Positions 10,158-19,241 of a DNA stretch of 64,000 nucleotides are shown here, piece after piece. Made by a program: the position numbers and the translations under genes. The stretch comes from Zestosphaera sp. (GTDB lineage Archaea; Thermoproteota; Thermoprotei_A; Sulfolobales; NBVN01), in NCBI GenBank assembly GCA_038727705.1, contig JAVYVJ010000002.1:359051-423050 (forward strand), given 5' to 3'. How positions within the stretch are numbered: position 1 is the stretch's first letter; every line of letters begins with the position of its first letter. The notes beneath the pieces are model-generated. The model saw only the letters and a program-made list of their open reading frames with translations. It was not told the origin of the DNA and did no database searches.

Positions 10158-11135
10158 TCAGCCCCAGTACTCATCGCTCTCCTCAGTCGTTAGGGAAGGC
10201 CTCTCCACCTCGTTGAGGTAGTTGGAGGTAAGCCTCTCCGCTTCATCAACACCTACCTCAACGAACCTGACCCTACGCCCTGGCCTAGCCTGCGCTAGGA
10301 TATCCAGGTCTGGCGGTACTGCATGGAGGGCTACTGCATAACCGCCCGTAGTCTGCGCATCGGACATCAGGATTATGGGCTTCCCGTCCGGCGGTATCTG
10401 AACATACCCCCTGTCAGTAGGTATTGATGGCAGTCTACCCAGCCTCGAAGCTGACCCAAGGGAGGGCCCGTCCAGCCTGTACCCCATACGGTCGCTCTCC
10501 AGCGTAACCACGTACTCCGACCTAAGAAGCGTGCCCAGGTCCTCCAGTTGATCAGCGTGGATGCCTTTAGTGGCTCTAACGACTATGGTCTCGCCGGTTT
10601 TAGGGAGCTTCTCGTCAATGTTTAAAGCCGGCCTTAAGTTATACAACCTAGCCCACAGACCATCCACGTCCACATCAGCGCTTACTAGCGTGTCACCCGT
10701 CCTGAGCGGCCTCCCCAAACATCCGAAGCCACCCCTAACGTATGTTGACCTGCTGCCTAACACGCTCTCACACTCTATACCCCCGGCCACAGCTACGTAG
10801 TAGACATTACCTCTGTCTGAGGGACGCACTACCAACTCTTTACCTGACTTCAGGTAGACAGGCCTCCAGGGAGGGATCTCGTATTGATCAACGTACACTT
10901 TGGGAAGGCCGCCCGTCACGGCGACGATTAGGTCCCCGTCACCCCTCAGCCTAATGGAGCCGATGAGCTCCATCAACGCCGCACCCACCGCATTCCCCAC
11001 GAGGGCGTTGGCGTAGGAAGCGGACGTGATGTCGAGAGCCCCGGAGATCGGTACCCCGAGGGTCCTGTAGCCGTGTCTGCCGAGGTCCTGCACCGTGGCC
11101 ACTCCGGCTAGGTAGGTGATGTGGAGGTTAACCAC
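10158..11135 (-). CDS. pxpC: 5-oxoprolinase subunit C (PxpC; KipA / allophanate hydrolase subunit 2 family)
   Basis: TVQDLGRHGYRTLGVPISGALD N-terminal signature and GGYAV near the C-terminus. The ORF is open from 11183, but the family-typical N-terminus fits a GTG at 11135 (or 11144), which overlaps the pxpB stop by only 8 nt. Confidence 0.85.
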   Translation of the reverse strand: MVNLHITYLAGVATVQDLGRHGYRTLGVPISGALDITSASYANALVGNAVGAALMELIGSIRLRGDGDLIVAVTGGLPKVYVDQYEIPPWRPVYLKSGKELVVRPSDRGNVYYVAVAGGIECESVLGSRSTYVRGGFGCLGRPLRTGDTLVSADVDVDGLWARLYNLRPALNIDEKLPKTGETIVVRATKGIHADQLEDLGTLLRSEYVVTLESDRMGYRLDGPSLGSASRLGRLPSIPTDRGYVQIPPDGKPIILMSDAQTTGGYAVALHAVPPDLDILAQARPGRRVRFVEVGVDEAERLTSNYLNEVERPSLTTEESDEYWG

Positions 11136-11847
11136 TGTACTCACCCACGTACAGGCCTCTGAGCCTGCTGAACTCCTCCACACTCACGGGCTTGAAGGTC
11201 ACCACGTCGCCCGGAGCTATAGGTATCGGCGGATCCCTCCTGTAGTCAAACATAATGAGGGGTGTCCTGCCTATCAACCTCCAGCCTCCCGGGCTTTCAA
11301 GACCGTACACACCTGTCATCTTACCCGCTATGCCGACGGAGCCCGCTGGTATCTTGACTCTAGGCGTCTCCAGTCTGGGCGCCGCTATTTTAGGATCCAC
11401 CTCACCTAGGTAGAGGAAGCCCGGCGTGAAGCCCAGCGTGTAGCACGTGTAGCTCCTTGAAGTATGGAGCGCCACAACCTCCTCCTCCCTCAAACCCGCC
11501 CAAGAAGCGACTGACTGCAGATCCGGCCCTAACTCACCGCCGTAAGCTACGGGAACCGTGAATCTTCTCGGTCTGTAGACCTCGCTTAACTCGACCTGCC
11601 GACTCCACTCCCACAACTCCCTGACCTTCTTGACTAGCTCGCTGCTGGACGTTGACCTCGGGTCGTAGAACAACGCAAGAGACGTCACCCCGGTCACCAA
11701 CTCCTCAACGAGCCCTGAGAGCTCCCTCTTAAGCGTGTAGTACAGCTTGTGCATAGCCTTAACGCACTCAGGGGTGACGTCCTTGCAGACGTCCACGTGG
11801 ATTACGTAGCCCCCGCTACTAATGATCCTTACTTCGGAGGACCCCAT
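11128..11847 (-). CDS. pxpB: 5-oxoprolinase subunit B (PxpB; KipI / allophanate hydrolase subunit 1 family)
   Basis: 239 aa. FTPGFLYLG and IPAGSVGIAG motifs, cyclophilin-like KipI layout, sits between pxpA and pxpC. Confidence 0.85.
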   Translation of the reverse strand: MGSSEVRIISSGGYVIHVDVCKDVTPECVKAMHKLYYTLKRELSGLVEELVTGVTSLALFYDPRSTSSSELVKKVRELWEWSRQVELSEVYRPRRFTVPVAYGGELGPDLQSVASWAGLREEEVVALHTSRSYTCYTLGFTPGFLYLGEVDPKIAAPRLETPRVKIPAGSVGIAGKMTGVYGLESPGGWRLIGRTPLIMFDYRRDPPIPIAPGDVVTFKPVSVEEFSRLRGLYVGEYSG

Positions 11848-11852
11848 AACCT

Positions 11853-12641
11853 CTAAACAACCTCTGACATCGGCTTGATCTCGACGCCGAATTCCCTGAG
11901 GCTGGCCTTAACTGATTTGGCGAACTCCACAGCCTTAGGACTGTCGCCGTGGATGCATAGAGTGTGCGCCCTGATTTCCACGGGGCTGCCGTCCAACGCC
12001 TGCAGGACCCCCTTATCAATTATGCTTAAGGCCCTCTCCACGGCCTTGCTGACGTCCGATATGAGGGCGCCTGGAGCCCCCCTAGGGGCCAGCCTGCCAT
12101 CCGGCATGTAACCTCTGTCTATGAACGCCTCGTAAGCCACCTTCAGACCCAACTCCTCAGCAGCCCTAGCCGCCCTCGACCCGTACGGCGCCACCACTAT
12201 GAGCCCCCTATCGTAGGAGGCCACGGCCTCGGCGATCGCCCTAGCGTAGTCCTCCCTAACCCACGCCATGTTGTAGAGAGCCCCGTGAGCCTTAACGTGC
12301 TGAAGCCTGAGTCCCTCAACCCTCAGGAAAGCCTCCAGAGCGCCGAGCTGATAGACTATGTATGCCTTTAAATCATCGAAGTCAACCCCCATCTCCCTTC
12401 TCCCGAAACCCATCAGGTCCGGGAAGCCTGGGTGAGCGCCCACAGCAACCCCGAGGGACTTAGCAAGCCTAACAGAACCCCAGATGCTTGCCGGATCCCC
12501 TGCGTGGAAGCCACATGCTATGCTGGCTGAGGAGACGTGTTTGAAGAGCTCCCCCTCATCAACTAACCTCCACCTGCCGAACGACTCCCCAGCGTCCGTG
12601 TTCAGGTCTATTCTCCTAACCAACGGAAGCACCATAGACAA
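11853..12641 (-). CDS. pxpA: 5-oxoprolinase subunit A (PxpA; LamB/YcsF family)
   Basis: IDLNTDAGESFG N-terminal motif, ACGFHAGDP and VKAHGALYN blocks diagnostic of LamB/YcsF. Confidence 0.9.
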   Translation of the reverse strand: MSMVLPLVRRIDLNTDAGESFGRWRLVDEGELFKHVSSASIACGFHAGDPASIWGSVRLAKSLGVAVGAHPGFPDLMGFGRREMGVDFDDLKAYIVYQLGALEAFLRVEGLRLQHVKAHGALYNMAWVREDYARAIAEAVASYDRGLIVVAPYGSRAARAAEELGLKVAYEAFIDRGYMPDGRLAPRGAPGALISDVSKAVERALSIIDKGVLQALDGSPVEIRAHTLCIHGDSPKAVEFAKSVKASLREFGVEIKPMSEVV

Positions 12642-12686
12642 TAATCTAAAGAAAGATTAAAAACTAGAGACTAAAACATGCCTGCT

Positions 12687-14237
12687 CTACTTCATGTAGA
12701 GTAGCCTCATGTACTCCTCGAAAACCTTCTTCTCCCCATCGGCAGTCTTAGTGAACGCGCTGATCAGCAGCGCCAGAACCGTGTTAACGACAAGCCCTAT
12801 CAGTCCAGCTATGGCGGCGTGGTAGGTGACCGGCATGCCGAAGTACTTTCCGGTCTGCGCTGTGAAGAGGGCGACCGCTATGGAGCCTACGGCGAAGCCC
12901 GCCACAGCGCCGTTCCTGTTAATCAGCTTCCTCCTAGGTATTATCATCTGCAGTGTGAGTGGGAGTAGCTGCAGGCCCCCGGCGACCGCTATGGACGTCA
13001 CGTCAAATATCAGGCCGGGCTTCAGTATGGCGAAGTACCAGCCTATGAGGAGCCACACCAGCATGAGGACCCTGCTTACAGTGACGTACTCGCCCTCCGG
13101 CTTACCGGGCCTTACGTACCTCTGATAAATATCCCTAACCAGTATTAGGGAGGTCGAGCCGAGGAAGGAGTCCAGGGTGGACATCGCTGCTGCGGCGGCC
13201 CCCGCGAGCAGGAAGCCCGCCAGGGCAGGGTGCAGGAACGTGTATATCATGACGGCCATCACTGCGTCGGAACTCCCATACTTAGCGGTGAGCGCGGATA
13301 TGAAGCCCTTGTCCAGGACTCCGGGCATGCCGACGGCGTTCACGACTGCGGCGGCAAGCCCTACCAGCGCCGTCGGTATGTAGTAGGAGGAGAGGTACAC
13401 GGCCGTCCCGAGCGCTGAGGTCTTCAACGCCTTCTCGTCTTTGGCGACGTAATATTTTATCCAGAGGTGCGGTAAGAGCATGAGTCCCGGGGCGTATATC
13501 ATTATGGCACCCAACATCATGAGGGGGTCCCAGTTCATGGTGAGCAGGGATGGCTTGATGGTCCTGACCTGATTCATCAACTCAGGCACGCCGCCCGGAG
13601 CAAGCCTCTGCAGTATCATAACCCCAGCGATTATGACTCCTACGTACATCCACACGCCCTGAAGCACGTCGGTCCAGTACGCCGCCCGGAGCCCGCCTAA
13701 GACTAAGTAGAGTGTTGTGACCAGCATTAATATGAGTGAGCCCCACATATATGGTACGTTTCCGCTGCTACCTATGTCCATAATTAGGCCCAGCCCGACG
13801 GCCTGAACAACTATGTACGCTATGACGAAGACCGCCATGACCACGGCGACGAGGACTCTCAGCGCTTCACTCCTGTAGAAGTCTGCCAGGGCATCAGCGG
13901 GTGATATGTGGCCTCTGGCCTTACCTAACTTCATTAATCTAGTTCCAGCCAAGTACATGAAGACCGCGGCTCCTGTAGTCCAGGCCGAGGAAGCAACCCA
14001 CCACGTCACTCCAGTAGTCGCGTAGGTAGCCACGCTCGTCAGGAACGCGAATGCGCTGTGATATGTGGCAGCTGTGGCAAGGAATGTGACTATAATGCCT
14101 GCACGCCTGCTTAACACATAGAAGTCCTCAAGAGATTTTTTAAGCACCCTGCCGGACAGAAACCCAACGATCACTACGGAAAGGCAGTATATGAAGATTA
14201 TTGAGAGCGTGATTTGCCATGCCTCCACATCAACCAC
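12687..14237 (-). CDS. sodium:solute symporter (SSS) family transporter, first large gene of the pxp operon
   Basis: 516 aa and polytopic, SSF-like. Co-oriented with pxpABC across a 45-nt gap. Confidence 0.8.
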   Translation of the reverse strand: MVDVEAWQITLSIIFIYCLSVVIVGFLSGRVLKKSLEDFYVLSRRAGIIVTFLATAATYHSAFAFLTSVATYATTGVTWWVASSAWTTGAAVFMYLAGTRLMKLGKARGHISPADALADFYRSEALRVLVAVVMAVFVIAYIVVQAVGLGLIMDIGSSGNVPYMWGSLILMLVTTLYLVLGGLRAAYWTDVLQGVWMYVGVIIAGVMILQRLAPGGVPELMNQVRTIKPSLLTMNWDPLMMLGAIMIYAPGLMLLPHLWIKYYVAKDEKALKTSALGTAVYLSSYYIPTALVGLAAAVVNAVGMPGVLDKGFISALTAKYGSSDAVMAVMIYTFLHPALAGFLLAGAAAAAMSTLDSFLGSTSLILVRDIYQRYVRPGKPEGEYVTVSRVLMLVWLLIGWYFAILKPGLIFDVTSIAVAGGLQLLPLTLQMIIPRRKLINRNGAVAGFAVGSIAVALFTAQTGKYFGMPVTYHAAIAGLIGLVVNTVLALLISAFTKTADGEKKVFEEYMRLLYMK

Positions 14238-14448
14238 CCCTCTTCAAGTCGTAGGCCGCGTAGCCAATGAATATCAACAGGGCCGCAACCCACCACAGTA
14301 TGGAGTATGTGTAGGTAGTGCTGAGCCCTGCTAGAGGCGTCGGGTCAGCGCTGTTAACTAAGAACACACCGAAGGCTAAAGCCCACACAACCAGCACCAG
14401 CACAACGAATAAGGATTCGCTTGACCCAGCCCTACTGCTTGAGGGCAT
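14230..14448 (-). CDS. small 2-TM membrane protein, putative SSS accessory subunit (DUF3311-like)
   Basis: 72 aa with two TM helices. It overlaps the symporter start by 8 nt. Second instance of this pairing in the window. Confidence 0.5.
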   Translation of the reverse strand: MPSSSRAGSSESLFVVLVLVVWALAFGVFLVNSADPTPLAGLSTTYTYSILWWVAALLIFIGYAAYDLKRGG

Positions 14449-14553
14449 ATAGGTACCTCAGGTTAATTGACGACATACAAGTTAATAAACACATTCTTAT
14501 CAACAATAAATGTAGAATCGCTCTTTTTGACGCTGTGCCAGTGAGAACCGCCA

Positions 14554-16284
14554 TCAACTAGTGTCCGAGGATGCGGCTTTCATCTTAAGCAGGTTTAGCA
14601 GGGCGTCCTGTTTTAATGCCCTGCCGTTTACCTCCTTCGCAAGGGCCTCTATGAATGTGTTGAGGGGTACATCCCCTGCCTGCAGGTTGCCCCTACCCCT
14701 TACTGTGACAGTTCCGCGTTTAGCTTCCCTCTGGCCGACGACGATGACGTACGGTATCGCCTGCTCGTAGGCCATCTTTACCTTCTTCTGCACCGTCTCC
14801 TCGCTTAAGTCTTCGTGCACCCTGAACCCTGCACTACGTAGGAGTTCAGCCACCCTCTGAGCGTAGTCTGTGACCTCCCTGGACACGGGGATCACCACGG
14901 CTTGCGTCGGGCTGAGCCACGTCGGCAGCCTCCCCTCAAACTCCTCAATCAGTATAGCCATGAACCGCTCTATACTGCCCAGTATGGCTCTGTGAATCAT
15001 GACGGGCCTCCTCTTGCTACCGTCACTATCGATGTACTCGAGGTTAAACCTCTCTGGGAGGGCGAAGTCCACTTGGATGGTAGTGCATTGCCACCACCTG
15101 CCCAGCGAATCCCTGAAGTGCACGTCTATCTTGGGTCCGTAGAAAGCCCCCTCACCCTCCCTGACCTCGTACGGAATTCCTAAATCGTCTAAAGCCTGCC
15201 TAAGCGCGGCAGTAGCCTTATCCCAAACCTCCTCCGAACCTATGTACCTCTTAGGCCTCGTGGATAGGTAGATCCTGGTGTTCTCCCTAGCTATGCCGAA
15301 CAACGCGAGGAGGTTGAAGACCTCCCTCACTATGTTCTTAACCTCATCCCTGACCTGGTCCTCCCTCACGAACGCATGACCGTCATCCTGGGTGAAGCCC
15401 CTTACCCTGAGGAGCCCGTAGAGCTCACCTCTCTTCTCCCACCGGTAGACGGTGCCGAATTCAGCCAGCCTGATCGGCAGGTCCCTGTAGCTACGCGTCT
15501 TACTCTTAAAGATGAGTATGTGGCCCGGACAGTTCATAGGCTTAACGCCGTACTCCTCACCGTCGACCTCAGCCAAGACCATCTTATCCCTGTAGAGGTC
15601 GTAGTGACCGCTCATCCTCCACAGGACGGACTTGTAGACGTGCGGCGTGTAGACCTCACTGTACCCCAGCCTAGAGTTCATCTCCCTAACGAGCCTCATT
15701 AACTCCTCCCTAATCACCTGACCCTTAGGGTGGTAAATCACTAAGCCCGGACCCGCCTCATCATAGAATCCGAAGAGCTCCAGCTTCTGTCCTAAGATCC
15801 TGTGATCCCTCCTGAGCGCCTCCTCATAGTACTCCAGCCACCTACTGTATTCACCAGCATCGTCGAAGGCAACGCCTATCAACCTAACCAAGCTAACGCC
15901 CGGCATCGGGTTGTGTGCAGACACGTTCCGCACCAGGATGGCCTTCACAACGCTTGAGGAGGGCCTCACCTCAGACTCCAGAAACACCTCAATACCGTTT
16001 ACTGAGTAGGCGGCCCTACGTCCAAGCAGCCTGAGGAGGTCGTCGTCAGCCACACCAACATAGCTTATGCTTGCTTGCGAGGAACTCTCAACCTCCAGAA
16101 CAGTCCTCTCAATCTTCCTGACTAGATCCTCCCCAGGCCACATCCCGGAGGTAGGTATGAAGTCGCACTTAAACCCGTCCTCAGCAACGCTACATCCAGC
16201 AGGCCTCAGCCACGCGACCTCCCTAGAAACCGCGTACTGCAGGATCAGGCCCGCGCGGGCTAGGACCTCGGGCTTCAGCATCAC
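14554..16284 (-). CDS. thrS: threonyl-tRNA synthetase (class II; catalytic-type form)
   Basis: RDHRILGQKLELF linker; class II motifs (FRDLPIRLAEFGTVYRWE, GFTQDDGHAF, GAFYGPKID); C-terminal anticodon-binding domain (PTQAVVIPVS...). The N-terminal 150 aa lacks any recognisable editing-site His/Cys motif. Confidence 0.95.
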   Translation of the reverse strand: MMLKPEVLARAGLILQYAVSREVAWLRPAGCSVAEDGFKCDFIPTSGMWPGEDLVRKIERTVLEVESSSQASISYVGVADDDLLRLLGRRAAYSVNGIEVFLESEVRPSSSVVKAILVRNVSAHNPMPGVSLVRLIGVAFDDAGEYSRWLEYYEEALRRDHRILGQKLELFGFYDEAGPGLVIYHPKGQVIREELMRLVREMNSRLGYSEVYTPHVYKSVLWRMSGHYDLYRDKMVLAEVDGEEYGVKPMNCPGHILIFKSKTRSYRDLPIRLAEFGTVYRWEKRGELYGLLRVRGFTQDDGHAFVREDQVRDEVKNIVREVFNLLALFGIARENTRIYLSTRPKRYIGSEEVWDKATAALRQALDDLGIPYEVREGEGAFYGPKIDVHFRDSLGRWWQCTTIQVDFALPERFNLEYIDSDGSKRRPVMIHRAILGSIERFMAILIEEFEGRLPTWLSPTQAVVIPVSREVTDYAQRVAELLRSAGFRVHEDLSEETVQKKVKMAYEQAIPYVIVVGQREAKRGTVTVRGRGNLQAGDVPLNTFIEALAKEVNGRALKQDALLNLLKMKAASSDTS

Positions 16285-16324
16285 AGTGTTTGGCGTTGCA
16301 TCACCACCAACCTCTTAACAGCCA

Positions 16325-16492
16325 TCACTTAATAAGCGTGTTAAGCTTAATATAGCCTAAGCCAGCTTCAGAGCAGTGACCCCTATCACTCTCCACCCTA
16401 ACGACCCTGACTTTAAGGACCCTCCCAACATCGCTGACGTCCGCGTTAGGAACCCTCACCACGGGGCCGTGGGGGAGTGTGTAGGCTATGAG
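16325..16492 (-). pseudogene. out-of-frame continuation of the radical SAM gene encoding the second half of a TRAM-like domain
   Basis: An alternative frame on the same strand reads LIAYTLPHGPVVRVPNADVSDVGRVLKVRVVRVESDRGHCSEAGLGYIKLNTLIK*. Together with the upstream ...GAVLNVVGVERVRG it gives a complete TRAM-like pattern. The frames meet at a CTCTC run at 16488-16492. Confidence 0.6.
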
Positions 16493-17823
16493 AGTCCCCT
16501 CACGCGTTCGACGCCTACAACATTGAGCACAGCCCCAATCAGCTCCGCCTTCCTGAGTTTGTTAAGCCTCCGCACCAGGTAGTAGAGCCCCTTGTTCCAA
16601 GTCATCACAGCAGGCCTGCCCTCGGGAAACCCCTCGAATGCGCTGCCCTTAAGCGGTCTGAATCTATATAGCGTGAACTTCTCCACCCCCATCCTGCTGA
16701 ACCTCCTAACGGCATTCAAGGACATCCTAGCGCTCCCACCAGTCTCTCCGGGCAATCCGTGTATCAGGTATATGTATGGCCCTAAACCATGCCTAACCAG
16801 CAGCTCGACCGCCCTGCAGACTTCATTCACCGTCGACGGCCTGCCCAAATTCACGTGGAGCCTTGGATCCCCCGACTCCAGACCTAAGTGGACGCTGGTC
16901 CCATTGAGGTGTTTCCCAAGAACCCTCGCTACATCCCCGGTTAGTAGGTTAGGCTTTATGTTCTCAATCATTACATAAGCGTCACCCGAACCCACTTCAG
17001 GGATTGAGGTCAATCGAGTTAGTAGCGACTCAATAGCGCTTAGGTTGGGCGGCGGGTTCCTGGGGTCCGTCAGGAGCTCCGGAGCCACCAGTAGGTCCCT
17101 CCCGTAGTCTAGGAAGTCAGGCGCTGAGAGGACCACCCTCCTGACCCCCAGCTTAATCAGCTCCCTAACCTCCCTGACCACCAGGTCCTCAGGCCTCGAT
17201 CTAGCGGGCCCGTAGAGGTTGGGGACGGAGCAGTACCCACAGCCAGGAGGTATCCCCAGCGGGCATGACACACGCTCGTGAAGCGAACCACTTCTACAGG
17301 ACCCGCAATCCACGCACTTCCTGCCATCCGCCAGCCTAAGCCTAGGTCTGAAGTAGTTGGAGCACCCGCGAACCACCTCCACATAGACTCTGGCACCCCA
17401 CCAGTACGGATACGCTGCAACCAAGCTCACTGAGGGTGCGTAGCTCCACAAGGGCGGTGAGGGAAGCCAGGGTAGCGTATGCGTGACTCGAGGTTTGCCC
17501 CCCTCCATGTACGCTAGGTTGGGCACTTCCTCCGGGGTTGCGTCCCTCACCCCACCAATCAATTCAACAAGCCCCGGCAGCGTGCCCTCAGCCTCTCTAA
17601 GCGCTACGTAGTCATACCCAACCTTCAGGAGATCGCCCCAGTCCACCGAAACAGGGCCGCCAGCGACCAGCGTGGTCCTACCTCTCAGCAGGGACGCAAC
17701 TCTTACTACGGAGTCAATGTCTGAACTCATGCCGGAAACTAAGGTCGCGTCATAGCCGGACACATCAACAGCGCCCCTGAGCACCTCGTCACACACAAAC
17801 AAATCTGCCCCAACGCCGATCAC
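16486..17823 (-). CDS. radical SAM protein with N-terminal Rossmann/B12-binding-like domain; the C-terminal TRAM domain is interrupted
   Basis: 445 aa from a GTG start. Cluster region RGC-x40-GCGYCSVP followed by a TIM-barrel-like SAM core (VVLSAPDF, GLESGD). The ORF stops in the middle of a TRAM-like beta domain (ELIGAVLNVVGVERVRGLS*). Confidence 0.8.
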   Translation of the reverse strand: MIGVGADLFVCDEVLRGAVDVSGYDATLVSGMSSDIDSVVRVASLLRGRTTLVAGGPVSVDWGDLLKVGYDYVALREAEGTLPGLVELIGGVRDATPEEVPNLAYMEGGKPRVTHTLPWLPSPPLWSYAPSVSLVAAYPYWWGARVYVEVVRGCSNYFRPRLRLADGRKCVDCGSCRSGSLHERVSCPLGIPPGCGYCSVPNLYGPARSRPEDLVVREVRELIKLGVRRVVLSAPDFLDYGRDLLVAPELLTDPRNPPPNLSAIESLLTRLTSIPEVGSGDAYVMIENIKPNLLTGDVARVLGKHLNGTSVHLGLESGDPRLHVNLGRPSTVNEVCRAVELLVRHGLGPYIYLIHGLPGETGGSARMSLNAVRRFSRMGVEKFTLYRFRPLKGSAFEGFPEGRPAVMTWNKGLYYLVRRLNKLRKAELIGAVLNVVGVERVRGLS

Positions 17824-18024
17824 GTCCCTAGTGACGACCCTAGACCCCCAGACCCGACGCCTAGGCAGTCAACGATAGCGGCTTTCAAAGCACATCACTA
17901 ATCCACAGAGTGTTCAGAGATAATTAACTGAGGCCTTCCATGGGGCTAGGGTTTGCGCATGCGTTCACCTACATACTGAGGGTCTATACCATGTCCGTTC
18001 TAAGGGGCTAGAACGACTTCGTTG

Positions 18025-19239
18025 TCACTCGTACCTCAGTGCTACGGCTGGAGGTATTTTAGCGGCCCTGAAGGCAGGCAGTATACCGCCCGCTATACCC
18101 ACCATTATCGTTATCAGAACTGTAGTGATTATGGTGCCCGCAGTTATTTCCGGGTTGGCCACTATCTGTAGGTTGCTGCTTCCGGCAGCTATGCTCAGCC
18201 CCCTTGAGGCCAACGCATGCGCCCCGACGACGCCCAGCGTTATCCCTATACTCCCCCCTATTAGTGACATGATAACGGCCTCAGCCAATATCATCGTGAC
18301 CACCTGCCTGTCCGTGAAGCCAAGCGCCTTCAGAACCCCTATCTCACGCGTTCTCTCAATCACTGAGGTGATCATGGTTGAGGCCGTTCCAGCGACCGCC
18401 ACTGCGAACGCTGAGAGGGAGGCCGAGAAAACTATGAAGTCTAGGGCTCCCGTGACCGAGGACACAGTCCTAGCTATCTGTTGGAATGCAACTATGGTAA
18501 CTTTATCTTGGTAGGTGCTCCTCAACCTGCGCGTCAGCGAGTCAACGAGTGAGGGATCCTTAGCTATTATGAATATTCCTGACATGTCCTTGATGTTGAG
18601 GAGTGCAGGCCCGCTCCTCACGGGGAGGAAGATGCTTTGGTCGGGGGATACGAATGCGGCCCCGCCAAACTCCTTTAGAATCCCCTTAACCCTGACTGAG
18701 ACTTTCCTCACATTAACCTTACCGCCGCTCACCACCTCCACTATGTTGAGTGTAATGACGTCACCTACGTCGTAGACTTTAGTGTCTGTAGCGGTCGAAT
18801 ACGCTATCGAATGCCCTACTACACAGTAAGTTAGTTCAGTGTCTGTAGGGAACTCTCCAGACTCCATCTCCAGATTGCCTATAGCTTTAAGTAGAACGGC
18901 GGCGTCAACAGCGTACATGAAGACGCTTCTCCTCCCTTCAGCGGTTTGAACGAATCCTTGAGTGGAGTAGAACGGGTCGGCGTCGCTGACCTCATCCAAA
19001 CCCCTGATGAAGTCGATGTCGGACGCGGACAGCCTGTATTTCTCAGAAGGAAGGATTACGACGGTGTTCTGACCCAACGTCAATATGCTTTGCTCGATGA
19101 AGCCCGCGTACCCCCTCACAGTCGAGGTCATCATGACTAACGCTAGAGGACCTATAGCGATGCCTATGATCGTCAGAATCGCTCTAAACCTCTTCTCGGT
19201 CAGAACTTTCATGGAGTACCTGAAGATGTCGTTGAGCAA
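18025..19239 (-). CDS. ABC transporter permease, MacB/FtsX type (N-terminal TM, large extracytoplasmic domain, C-terminal FtsX 3-TM bundle)
   Basis: 404 aa. Single N-terminal TM, about 220-aa loop, then EIGVLKALGFTDRQV and the C-terminal hydrophobic bundle ending PPAVALRYE, typical of FtsX-domain permeases. Confidence 0.85.
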   Translation of the reverse strand: MLNDIFRYSMKVLTEKRFRAILTIIGIAIGPLALVMMTSTVRGYAGFIEQSILTLGQNTVVILPSEKYRLSASDIDFIRGLDEVSDADPFYSTQGFVQTAEGRRSVFMYAVDAAVLLKAIGNLEMESGEFPTDTELTYCVVGHSIAYSTATDTKVYDVGDVITLNIVEVVSGGKVNVRKVSVRVKGILKEFGGAAFVSPDQSIFLPVRSGPALLNIKDMSGIFIIAKDPSLVDSLTRRLRSTYQDKVTIVAFQQIARTVSSVTGALDFIVFSASLSAFAVAVAGTASTMITSVIERTREIGVLKALGFTDRQVVTMILAEAVIMSLIGGSIGITLGVVGAHALASRGLSIAAGSSNLQIVANPEITAGTIITTVLITIMVGIAGGILPAFRAAKIPPAVALRYE

Positions 19240-19241
19240 AA

